A DNA stretch of 63,038 nt, filler included, from Basidiobolus ranarum (Eukaryota): NCBI GenBank assembly GCA_040143965.1. It is 22 parts of 22 records of this genome, joined end to end, with 100 filler letters (N's around TTAATTAATTAA, not from the genome) between each part and the next. Parts side by side here need not be neighbours in the genome. Positions count along the whole stretch, not along the records: positions 11,528 to 14,304 come from JASJQH010009862.1; positions 14,405 to 17,180 come from JASJQH010009863.1; positions 17,281 to 20,055 come from JASJQH010009864.1; positions 20,156 to 22,930 come from JASJQH010009865.1; positions 23,031 to 25,804 come from JASJQH010009866.1; 17 more parts are not named here. One strand, 5' to 3'. How positions within the stretch are numbered: position 1 is the stretch's first letter; every line of letters starts with the position of its first letter. The notes below the pieces were generated by a model, which worked only from the letters and a program-made list of their open reading frames with translations, made no database searches and was not told the origin of the DNA. Shown piece after piece: positions 12,647 to 24,313 of this stretch. A program made the translations under genes and the position numbers.

Positions 12647-13591
12647 ATAATACAAAGCCTCCTTCCTCCTTGGGGATAGGGTTAGGGTAGATGTTTCCAA
12701 TCTTTCGGTATTTCTTTAAAAAAGATGTTTCCAGGGCTCTATTTTTAGTTGATCCATTTTAGGTACTTGTCACTTATGATTGCTAGATTCCAATAAAGGT
12801 AAATCCTATTGGTTCTATGGGTTAGGATTATGAGAAGCGCCATTTTGGTAAACTTGATTTACACGAAACACATGTCTCATATAACCGTATGGGTCACCCT
12901 GTTTGTCCTACCTGATCGATTGGCTTGATCATATCAGGGCCGCAGTGGCTCAAGAGAAGCAAAGCTAAGATGAACTATAGTATTGCACAATATGTCTTGT
13001 CATTAAGTGTTGCCTCATATAGTAGAGATTGGACCATTTGGATTCCACTTGGATGCTCTATCAAAGCACAATACAGATATACCATAATTAGCCGCTTTCA
13101 TTTAGTTCCAATAAAATGCGTAGCATCTACAACTGTCTGAGAACCGTTTGGATGGCATGGTTGGTGGCATGGTAATGATGGTTTACAATCGAGATAGCAC
13201 ATGAATAAGTTTTGGATCGGTTGAATTTGACTTGTAATACTTTGCCTCTTTTTGCTTTATAGGCTTAAGATATCTACATCTCTTCTTCAAATGAAAAAGG
13301 TTTACTACCCAGCATTATGGATGGTAGCACTGAATTTGTATCGATATTCCTGTTCACAAATATTTGAATGACTACTACTATGAGCAAATTTACCACATAC
13401 AAGAGTGTACTATTACTATAGGCCAGGTTAACTGTGGATAGAGCCACAATAAGAATGGACCAGGGAAGTCATCCACGTGCTTGATTTGAAAAAACAAGCT
13501 CGCTAATCTATTCGTCGTGACAGTGATTGGAGTATGGATAAAATGTCGAACTATATACAGATATCGATATATGACACCTTTGAAATCCAAT

Positions 13592-13687
13592 ACCATTTGT
13601 TTAGGACCCTGATTAAGACCATTTGTTTAGGACCCTGATTAAGACCATTTGCTTAGGACCTTGATTAATACCATACGACCCTGATTA
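13592..13687. repeat. 26-bp tandem repeat, 3 copies plus a partial (ACCATTTGTTTAGGACCCTGATTAAG)
   Basis: Direct inspection. Confidence 0.9.
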
Positions 13688-14046
13688 GAAAAATTGACTT
13701 CCATTTTAATGCAGGATAAATGTTCTATCGGTGGAGCATAAATAATCATTCGCCTGAGTAGTCCGATTCCATTTAGGACTTGGTCCGTAAACCTGGGAAA
13801 TATATATATATACAGATATAATATTGAAGGGCTTGAGAGCCGAGAAAATCCAAAATTTCTACAAATCTGATCCATTGGCTACATAGAAAGTTATCTTTTA
13901 CATTTGACTGAAGATTAACTAAATATGACGAGCACTAGGCCGAGTCAAAATATATTAGTGTGTGCACACAAAGGTCAAAACCGAAACCCCAAAAGTAGTT
14001 GAGAAATTCTATAACTCTTGGCCCTTGGATAATCAGTTTCATGCTT

Positions 14047-14304
14047 GGTCATACTCTTAACCGGCCCGCCAAGGTGAACGGCCTCTAGTTGATGCAATAG
14101 TAAAGATATGGGAAGGTAGCAAGATAATTCGTAAGTTTGGGAAAATGATTGGTTCTAAAGGTTGGGTAGTTTAGGCTGTATTTAGAAGCGGCAGGAGTGC
14201 ACCTGTTGCAGACTGCAAGCGGACCTGCGTGAAGCACGGTTTCCCTCTCATGAGGGAATACTGGGCGACGCTGAATAACTACGACTCTCTTAAGGTAGCC
14301 AAAT
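14047..14304 (+). pseudogene. Degenerate fragment of nuclear LSU (25S/28S) rRNA
   Basis: CCAAGGTGAACGGCCTCTAGTTGAT...GGGAAAATGATTGGTTCTAAAGGTTGGGTAG and AACTACGACTCTCTTAAGGTAGCCAAAT match conserved LSU blocks, but with many substitutions and an internal deletion. Confidence 0.75.
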
Positions 14305-16746
14305 NNNNNNNNNNNNNNNNNNNNNNNNNNNNNNNNNNNNNNNNNNNNTTAATTAATTAANNNNNNNNNNNNNNNNNNNNNNNNNNNNNNNNNNNNNNNN
14401 NNNNGTTTGATTAGCTATTTTAGCGGTCCCATTTCTAATTTATTTATTGGCCCCCCGTCTTTATTAGCGGGGGGGGCTTGATAAGATATATAACCACCTA
14501 ACTATTTCATATATCACATATAAGTTAGTTAATATTACTTAGTCAAATATCACTTAGCTGAAAATTGGAACATATATTATATGTATATGTGAATAATGTG
14601 AGAATTAGGAATTCCATATTGGAAATTTCAAACTCATCCAAATTGCCCCAAAGATAGCTCATTTTACTCTCACAGATGTTCTAAACACAACCTCAGTGTT
14701 AGTTTTCTGTATTTCCATCAAAATGTATAAATACCTTATTTCTGGACAATAAATATTTATCTCACAAAGCTATTTGCAACTCCACTTTTCTAAAGTTCCT
14801 CCAAACAGCCCATATTTTCACAATATTTACAAGGGTGAAAGCAAACACAGTGATCCTGGATCCTATAGGCCAATTTCATTGCTACCAACTTGTAGAAGGT
14901 GTTTGAGCTTATTTTAGTGAAGTCTATTCATGAGAGGATTCCATGACACACACTAAACCAAAAGCTTTAGTTAGCTTTATTTACACTTTTTGATAGCAAC
15001 ATGATTTAGTCAGTGACAAGATAATAGATAACTAATTTTGATAAAAGAGAATATCATTGGATATGTAGATAGATGGATAAGTTAGTCATGTGTCAGCCAA
15101 AGTCTTGGCAGTGAGAGATCATTGGTTACAATTCAAGAATCTTGTGACTCATATTTACCGGTGTCTGGGCAGTTGACTCCAAGGTTAATACTGATTTGAT
15201 GATGATCATGTGATAAGTCATATGATCTGATAGAAGGGATACAAGAATAGATAGCTAGTCATGTGATAAGTCACATGATAGTGTCACTGGATAATGTCAG
15301 GTGACTAGTTAGCAATGATGATAAATCAGACAGATATTCATGCAAGTTGTATAGAGATGGCATAAGTTAAATAACTTTGTATGTTGGTGGACAACACTTC
15401 CTTTATTGAATAAGCTGAGAAGCCCACCTATGCCTACAAGGATTACTTTGTTGACCTTTGGCAGCAATATTTTTGGAAGCACACTCCTTTTATACTTTAT
15501 GTTAATCCTGGTCTCATATCACTAGTTGCTATTGTTGACAAATCATTTTTACCTTTTTTACTGCCTCTCACTCCACTTAACAGTATCTTAGATTCTGCTG
15601 ACTAAACTTCTCTACCTGGTGACATTCATATCCATACCTCAGAGCTTCACACTTTAATTAAGAAACTACACAAGTAGTCATGGCTTCTTTGTTTTGTTTG
15701 AAATAAAGATTTCACATGTTAGTGACTCCCTCCCCCCTAACTCTAATCTGATATGTTACAAGAATACAATACAAATCCAGCAGGTTCTAGTCAATCTCTT
15801 GGCATACACCACAGTAGTTTATTTGCAGGTAGCTATTAATAACTACATAAAGTTAGTCTACTATCTAGTTGAACAAATGGTAGCAGATATTGCTTCAAAG
15901 TCATTAGCATCTATAAGGATATATATCAGCCAAACTGAGAAACAAGACCAAAAACTCTCTAACTTAGCTTTTTTCCAGATTCCAAACTTAAGCATATAGC
16001 ATCTTTAACTCAATAAAACAGTAGGTGAGAGCCATATATTTCATCTAAATGATGCAAAACACTTGCAATTCATCCCAACAGTCACTAGTACATTAGATAT
16101 ATTCCACTAATTATTCAAAACATGCCCTAATCCTCAAATACAATGGCAACAACTCCATTTGTTTAACATTTTTCATTAGTGAGATCCTTTGGAAGTTGGC
16201 AGCTAACCTAGTGGGGTGGTGAAAGCTACATAAGGATATCTCGAACAGAAGAATATAATGAACTACGAAGTGATTCATCCATGACAACCTGAATAAGTGG
16301 CAAGTGGAAGCTCATGATCTCAATTAATTAGTACAAGAACAGAAAACGATCTTCGATACACCGCTGATATGTTATATTATAAGGAAATCAAACACCAATA
16401 AACTAAACATTTATGCTGACATAATATTACTTCCTCAGCCAGAAAGCCTAGCGAAGGTTTTAGATACATGGATAGTACTTGAACATCTCGGTGTTGAGGC
16501 TTCAAGGTCCGTGTATTCCATGAGTGGGAAATCGTGGTGTGAAACAAGGAAGAATCAATATAATCCATTGGCCTGTTTTTTCTTGGTTACACGTAGATGC
16601 CCTCCACTCTGAAAGACATTGTACACTTATCCAGGTAAAACGTCATCAGTTCCGAATCATAAGCAATCAGATTCCTTTCTCCGTAAATGGTTTTCTGTAC
16701 TTAATCTCACCCAATTTTCTTTTGTTCTTAAATCTATTTCACTATC

Positions 16747-17180
16747 ATGTACTCTACATCGCTTACTTCACCCAAGGGTGCAACCGCATTCACCAAGTCT
16801 CTGAATGCAGCTGCTTTGGCTGACCTTCCCTTTCATGACAAGCAAGACTTTACCGACGCCCACCGCGGGTTCATTATGGATTTTCCTGACCGAAAGATCT
16901 TCCGTGATGATCTGAACTCCCAGGGCACCAGTGCCTGTGCCGTAAACATGAATGACTACAATTTTATAGATCGCCATCACAGCGCCCCCGGCCCTGCTAC
17001 TGTGCATCCCTCGCTTTGGCGTCAGGCGCAACTCAACAGTCTTAGTGGTCTCTTCAAGGTCTGTGATCGCGTCTACCAAATTAGAGGCTGTGACATTTCC
17101 AATATGACCCTCATTGGGGGTGATAGCGGTCTGATCTGGAGTGATCCACGATTGGTTGTGGGGCCCGCGAGCGCAGGGTT
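16747..17180 (+). CDS. Alkyl/aryl sulfatase (SdsA1/BDS1-like, metallo-beta-lactamase fold), N-terminal part; 3'-truncated by the gap
   Basis: PKGATAFT..N; LPFHDKQDFTDAHRGFI; PATVHPSLWRQAQLN...GLFKVCDRVYQIRGCDISNMTLIGGDSGLI..DP. Confidence 0.92.
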
Positions 17181-18199
17181 NNNNNNNNNNNNNNNNNNNN
17201 NNNNNNNNNNNNNNNNNNNNNNNNTTAATTAATTAANNNNNNNNNNNNNNNNNNNNNNNNNNNNNNNNNNNNNNNNNNNNCAAAAACAACTGTAAACTCA
17301 GCCAGCAGGGTCTTGAACAAGGATGCACTAGTAGTGATTTATCCAAGGATAAGAAAAGTTCCTTGCCTATGCAGACACATTTAGGGAAAAAAATATAAAA
17401 TATTAGAAATATAAAACCTGCCTGTCAGTACTTCCTTTGAGCCAGTCAAGTCCTTTCAGTCACACAGTAGCCTGAAGCTGTCTCTAGTAGTCTCTCTGGA
17501 GCTTCCTGTTCAAAGGTATTAAAAGCAGTGATGAAGATAAGAGGGGATCACAAATAGTTATTGTTAGTTGAAAACCAAGATGTTTTTCATTTGAAAAAAT
17601 ATGGCTCCTATTTATACTTTTCTGAAGATAGAAATGATTACTAATGAGGATTTCCGGAAAGTTCCAGAGAATTCTTTTGGTGGGGATCTGGAGTTATGAT
17701 ATTGTCAATAATCATGAGATTAATTATCTGTGGAATGTTTCAGAAGGTTGTAGAATAATCCAGAAAGTCATGGAATGTTCTGGCAAAATCAAGTTTTTGA
17801 TCAGTCAAAACTCAAATAATCATCAAATATTCCAAGAATCTTGTGGAATGTTTGGGAAGATTGTCATATTTTCCAGAAAATAATTGGGCTAGTGTGGGTT
17901 AACATTGATAAATCTGAGATAATAGAGGATGATACTGATGGTGTGATATGATTGGCTAGAAAATACGGGAAAATCAAATATAGATGATGAAATAGAAACT
18001 GTGCACCAGTAATGATATGAGCTTGGAGTGGAAACAGTCAACCTGCCAGTGGGTAGCAATGCTACCCCACTACATCTATCACCTCTGAATTTTATACTCA
18101 AGTGAAATACCAAACTCAGTAGGTTGAGTTGTTTCCTCAAGTCTTGAATAACTTTAGTTGGCTCCCTACAACTGGTAGTCTGAGTTTTGTTCCATCTAG

Positions 18200-20055
18200 T
18201 TCTACAGTGTAATAGCTTACAGTACCCACAACTTTAACAATTTTTTATGGGCCTCTCCATCAGTTGTCAAACTTCCTGCTCCATTTTTTGTCAAGAGTTG
18301 AATCATATTTCAGGGCAAGGTCATCAACTTGCAGTGGCTTTGGTTGGAGGGGATGGGTTTTGTCAAAGTAGTCCTTGTTAGCATTTCCGCATTTCTTGAG
18401 TTCTTCAGCAGCTTTTTCTACATCAACATGGTGACTGTCAATTTTGGGCCATCCTGTTGATGAGGAGTTCTTTGGTGGTCATGTTATTCTTCCAGTTTGA
18501 AGTGTTCCTAGTTGTTGCTTAAGTTTCAATGGGAAGGATACATTATTGTCCATAATCAGTCTTTAGGGTGACATTCCAGTTGTTCTCTTTGTAGTGATCC
18601 TGTCAGCCCATAGTGCAAAGTGCAGCTTTTGTGGCCAAAGTTATGATTTGCCTTGACAGGACTTGACTAATGAGTCTACTAAGGGTCCATGCCCTCTCCC
18701 TATCATCCCATTTGCCAGTGGATGATAAGCTATGGTGTGTGTAAAAAAATATGTATGTGATACTTCAAGCAGAGGTTCTGGATCAGCTGTGACATTATCT
18801 CTTCTTGGTCAGCAGTGAATTGTCCTGTAGTTCCATATCCAAAAATAATGTCTTCAAAGACAAACTTCCAAACTGTTTCTGCTTTGTGGTTTGGTATAAC
18901 TCTGGCTTCCACCCAACAACTAAGGTCATCTCTTTCAATCACAAGAAATTTTTTGTTGCCAGCTATAGGCATATGTACAAGATCAATTCCCATCATCTGT
19001 CATAGTGTTGGTACATAGGTGGGATAAAGTAGTTCCTTGTTTCTTTTGGTTGATCTCCTTTGGCATGCATCACATGTCTCCACTTTTGCTTTGATATCCT
19101 GATATTGATTGGTCCAATAGTTTCTTAGTGTTGAGTTCTTGAAATTAGCCTTGCTGCCATGTTGTCCTCCTGGCTCTCCTTCACGTATCTCCTCAATGAT
19201 CCTCTGCTTTTCTTTAGAATCAAAGATGACTCTTCTTGGTACTTGTCCTGCCATAGCTCACTTGAAAAGCAGTCCACCCCTTACAACAAAGTGATGGGCT
19301 TTTGTTGTGGGGTTTCTGAATTGCTGGGGATCTAAGGTGTAGGGTATCTGTAATGTAGTCAAATAATGGAAAATATCTCTCCATTCTTCAGATATAGGGG
19401 TACTGATAAAAACTTGTTATATGTTGGTATCACCGGAGTCTTTAAAGCTGTCATCAGAGCATAATTCACCAGGTCTTGGTCCCATTGTTAATAGTCCATG
19501 TGCAACAACATTTGTTTTTCCTGCTATGTGTACCACTTTAAAGGCAAATATCTTGAGGCAAGCCATCCACCAGTTGGTAGCATCATCTGGTTGATCTGGC
19601 TTGTTGGTCATCCCAATATAGGTCTTGCATCTGTTTCAAGTATGAAGTGTGTCATATAGAGTTGGGCCTTCAGTTTCTTGATCATCTTTACAGCTTCAAG
19701 TAGCTCTCTCTTGATCTGGGAATATTTCTGCTCCCTTGGTTTGAATAAGCAGCTTTCATATCTGCAGACATATGGGTTGCCTGCTTCAGCATTCTGGCCT
19801 AAAAGAGCACTTGCTCCAATAGGACTTCAGTCAATTGTGAGTATTGGTGGTCTTGTGGCATCTGCATAGTCTAGTGGCTTGAGTATGGGACGTGTTGTTA
19901 GTGCTTGTTTCAGCTTCATTAAGTATATGGACACCTGGTTGCAGGCCTCTTGGTAATGGATAAGGTTTATAAGACCATGGGGTGTGTTCTACGGTGTGGA
20001 TTTTTTTTGGTTTCTCACCTGAGGGCATTAGTAGTCCCATTTCCTGGTCATTGTA
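18200..20055 (-). mobile_element. Decayed Ty3/Gypsy pol (RNase H, integrase zinc finger, rve core)
   Basis: KYSQIKRELL (RNase H); VVHIAGKTNVVA; HG..NF...YW..Q..CDACQRR; GIDLVHMP...DDLSCWVEAR; YHPLANGMI. Confidence 0.88.
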
Positions 20056-20593
20056 NNNNNNNNNNNNNNNNNNNNNNNNNNNNNNNNNNNNNNNNNNNNT
20101 TAATTAATTAANNNNNNNNNNNNNNNNNNNNNNNNNNNNNNNNNNNNNNNNNNNNTAAACAAGAGTTACATTGTTTTCTTGGGGGTAAGGGGTGCTGTTG
20201 ATATTCGTGCCCGATCCATTAGTTATGTACTCAAGTAGAGCATGAAACATGCATGTTAGTTACTTGACGTAGATCACATACAACCCAGCTACATGTTCTA
20301 TATAGAAATTCTATCAAGTATAAGACTGTTGTTACACACTTACATAGCATCGATACAAGGTCCTTTGTTGTGTAGGATTAGACATACTCTATGAGGAAGG
20401 AAATATTTGTACTATTAGATAAAACATTCTTACCTACGGTTATGCAAGTTATCTTCAGTAATGTAAGTATATACAAGATACTACCTGCTCAATGCGGTCT
20501 TTTGCAAAAGTATATATATATACTACAACTGGCAAGAGGACCGAAAACCTTTTATTAAGAAAGTGGCTCAATTAAGACAGAATTTTCCAAAGA

Positions 20594-21031
20594 TCATTTG
20601 GCTCTGTTCAATTCAAATGGTGCAGAAGTCCAAATATCAAAACGGATTGGTCTGTTGGTATTACCAAATGGCTTGAGTCCCTTAATGATACAAGTGCCAG
20701 AGGGCAACGGAACCCTTTTTTCTTCTCCGTTCTGGTGAATAGAGATGGATCCCTCGAAAATGATATTAGTAACTTCGCCTGGGAAATTACGGGAGAATCT
20801 ACCCTCTTTGGAATAAATATCACCAATTTCCTTTCCCTTCACATCAGTTATTGTAATGGATAGGTATTTGGTGGCATGGATTATAGGCGGAGAAGAGAAA
20901 TATCTTTCCCAACTTGGGGTATACATTTTTGCCAGTTTTTCTGTAACCACGTTAACGATGGAAGGTTGTCTATCTCCTTTGGTAGCGCCAACCTGGACAC
21001 TGTGTAGATCTCCGACTACAACACGCTCCAT
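20594..21031 (-). pseudogene. Truncated, deleted duplicate of the subtilisin C-terminal domain
   Basis: GDLHS..TKGDRQPSIV, IHATKYLSI, GRFSRNFPG, KGLKPFGN and FDIWTSAPFELNRAK parallel the 21915-22350 region; no catalytic domain. Confidence 0.8.
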
Positions 21032-21914
21032 GATCCACTGATACCACCATTTCTCACCGCGACAACTGCAATTATTCCAGCATCAGAAGCTTCTAATCAT
21101 AGGTAGGGAAAACTACCAGTTAATGACAAATTGATTGTATCCATTTTACATATTTATAATCTTTAATCAACCAGCCCATCCTATCACCACTTAAGAAACA
21201 AACCACACAAGCAACTCCCAATGAAGCAATAAGTTTGCGTACGGTCTTGGTGCAACCAGTATTTCAGATTAAACACAACAGTTGAATTGCTCATCCACTT
21301 ACACAAGCTTTCTGCTAACACTACATAAAACCTGGAATGGGCTATCCATTATTCATATTTATGGCGATCTAGAATCATTTTTGGCTCATACGTCTATTTC
21401 GCCTTAGTCCAGTTTAAAAGTAGATTGAAGCTAAGACTAATCTGAAATACTGAGAACCTGAAAACGATAGATAGTATTTAGAAAACACTGCTATTTTCAT
21501 TCAGTAGCGCACGAACGCCATAAGTAACCTTTAACCGGAAATATCAAATACTTCCCTCTCACGTAGGACGATGTATACTAAAGAAACCTGTTTCATCGCT
21601 CAAGCTCATCACAAGATACGTCGAGTAACATGTATTTGCTATCTATTTCTCAATGTAGTAGCGGGATTGCTTATGCCATGAACCCTGCAATCACAGTTTT
21701 TAGGATTTGGAAGTCTATCCCTAAGGGTTTACAACTTTGTAGACGAGGAAACTCAATTTATGTTCGTATATTCAAGGGTTATTACTACCAATTTATCACT
21801 ATTTACTTAATGATCACCGAAATCTGAACAGGAATCAATAATAATTTATTAAGATTAAAATGGTCAATTCGCAGATTAAGTATTCTACTTGGATGTAATT
21901 TTCTGACTTAGTAA

Positions 21915-22930
21915 TTAATTTGCTCTCTTCACTTCAAATGGAGCTGAAGTCCAAGTGTCAAAGTCAGCAGGTGTATTAGGATTACCAAATGGCTTTAGTC
22001 CCTTAACAGTCAATGTATAAGTGCCGGATGGTGCTTCAACCTCTTGTGCTCGTCCGTTCTTGACAACGGTAATGGTTCCATCGAAAGTAACTTTAATATC
22101 CGTGCCTGGGTAGTTACGTGAGAAACCACCTTCTACTAGACCAATTAGTCCAAGCTCCTTTCCTTTCACATCACTCAAAGCAATGGATAGGTATTTGGTA
22201 GCATGGATCATTGCAAAGCGGAGAAGAGGAACATCATTTCCGACTAGGCTGTAAACTTTCTTTGGTGCTCCTGAAACCAAACTAACAACAGATGGTTGTC
22301 TCTCTCCTTTGGTATCGATAACTGTGATACTATGAAGATCTCCGGCAACACCAGCATATGGGACGCTTACTTCATTATCTTCGGAGTTCAATGGCTTGAA
22401 GTGAACATATCCAGAGTAGATCCATAAGTCTTTCTTATCAAACTTGGGAGGAGAAAGCACGACCTTAACTTGCTTGCTTTGACCTGGACGAACAGTAACG
22501 GTAGATGGGGAAGGCCTGACTACTGCTGAAGATCCCGAGAAAACAAATGCATTTTGAAGAGTTGGATAACCTTTCTTATCATATCCATTGACAGAGACAG
22601 CAGGGACATGCTTAATAGCATAAGTGACAGATTTTTTGCCATTATTAGTGACGGTGAATGTGTGGGTACCTTTAAGATGAGTGGTATCATTCAAAGAAAA
22701 TTTAGATGGGGAGACCAAGGTATTGGCATGAATTGCATCCCAGACATTGATTAATCCAGCTCCTTGTTTAGCAGCTGAAGCGATGCCGTCGAAGTTAAGT
22801 TCTTTAACAGCTTCAGCAGTATGTTGTAAAAGACTTTGAACAACAGATGGCTTGAGGTTACCCCTGGACTTGAGGACTAATGCGACAGACCCAGCAGTAT
22901 AAGGTGAAGCCATGGAGGTACCTCTTAAAT
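21915..22930 (-). CDS. Subtilisin-like S8 serine protease (C5a-peptidase/Vpr type, with Fn3-like DUF1034 C-terminus), 5'-partial
   Basis: Catalytic Ser motif (L)RGTSMASPYTAG; QGAGLIN; SLNDT; YSGY; VPYAG. Confidence 0.93.
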
Positions 22931-23030
22931 NNNNNNNNNNNNNNNNNNNNNNNNNNNNNNNNNNNNNNNNNNNNTTAATTAATTAANNNNNNNNNNNNNN
23001 NNNNNNNNNNNNNNNNNNNNNNNNNNNNNN

Positions 23031-24313
23031 ACACCGGGAACGAAAATATCCAAAGTCCCGAGGCCCCCAACCATGAAGGGGACGTTCAGCTTTATTTTGA
23101 AGCAATCCTCATACAACCTATGAAAATCAGCTTGTCCTTTGCGAGAACCGAGCGCGTCAATCAGGAAGAGCAAGCGCCTCGCTCTTATAACCCAGTGTGG
23201 TATATCTTGAATGTATTTACCATGGCAATAGGAAGCGTTAACGATGCTCCAGTCAAATTGAACGCGCTACTTATGGAAAATGTCCGCCTTACATATCCTG
23301 AATTGATAGACCGCTTTACTAAACATTATTCGCAAGAGGTCATCTATCAAGTCCACAAGATTATAGGCTCAGCCGATTTTTTGGGAAATCCTGTCGGTTT
23401 ATTCAATACCGTCAGTTCTGGTGTTATGGACATTTTCTATGAACCTTACCAAGGATTTATTATGAGCGATCGCCCACAAGATTTAGGCATTGGTATTGCG
23501 AAGGGAACTGCTAGTTTCCTATCGAAAATGGTTTATGGGTTCTCCGATAGTTTCTCGAAATTCACAGGAAGTGTCGGGAAAGGTTTGTCTGCAGCTACCA
23601 TGGATAAAGCATTCCAAGACCGTAGAAGGTCCGCGCGCTCTCGTAACCGACCTAGACATGCCTTGTATGGAGTCACTCAGGCAGCCACCTCTCTAGCGTC
23701 TGGTGTTGCCAGTGGCATATCCGGAGTGGTAATGCAACCAATATCAGGGGCTCAGAAGGACGGGGCAGGTGGCTTTGTTAAAGGGATCGGGAAGGGATTG
23801 GTTGGAGTGGTTGTGAAACCGATGGTAGGACTGGTAGATATGGCAAACAATGTCACTGAAGGCATTCGCAACACAACTACCATGTTCGAAATGAACGATT
23901 TTGATAGAGTTAGACTACCACGTTACATTGGCATTGATGGAATTCTCCGACCCTACTCGGGCAAAGAAGCGTTAGGCCAGTTTTGGTTAAAGCAAGCCGA
24001 TAAGGGAGCGTACTTTGATGAAACCTATGTAGCACATCTGGAACTGAAGGGTGAAGAAATGATTGCGCTTTTAACCATCAAAAAACTGATTGTTGTGAAA
24101 GCAAAAAGACTTGCAGTCAATTGGGAGGTCAATTTTGACCAGGTTCGCCAAGTCAAAGCAGATCAAGACTCCATAGTAATCTTCATGAAAGATCCTGATG
24201 TCCCACCCTTCAGGATTCACGTACCTGAAATAAGCAGTCGCAAATGGTTTTGTCAGAAGATACAGGAAACCCTTTCTAAATTTGATTATGATCGTCGTCC
24301 TCTAACGCTCTAG
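23031..24313 (+). CDS. VPS13: Vps13 lipid-transfer protein, C-terminal region (ATG2_C-like and PH-like), 5'-partial
   Basis: LHIQPMKISLSF; DAPVKLNAL; HYSQEV..QVHKIIGSADFLGNPVGLF; KGLSAATMD; GFVKGIGKGLVG...KP; EGIRNTT; RVRLPRYI. Confidence 0.96.

Noticed and set aside
12413-13687. 27-bp and 26-bp repeats as a possible CRISPR array or repeat-peptide ORF (IIVCTSLFR)
   Set aside because: The units are contiguous with no spacers, there are no cas genes, and the context is eukaryotic. The ORF is a by-product of the 27-bp period.
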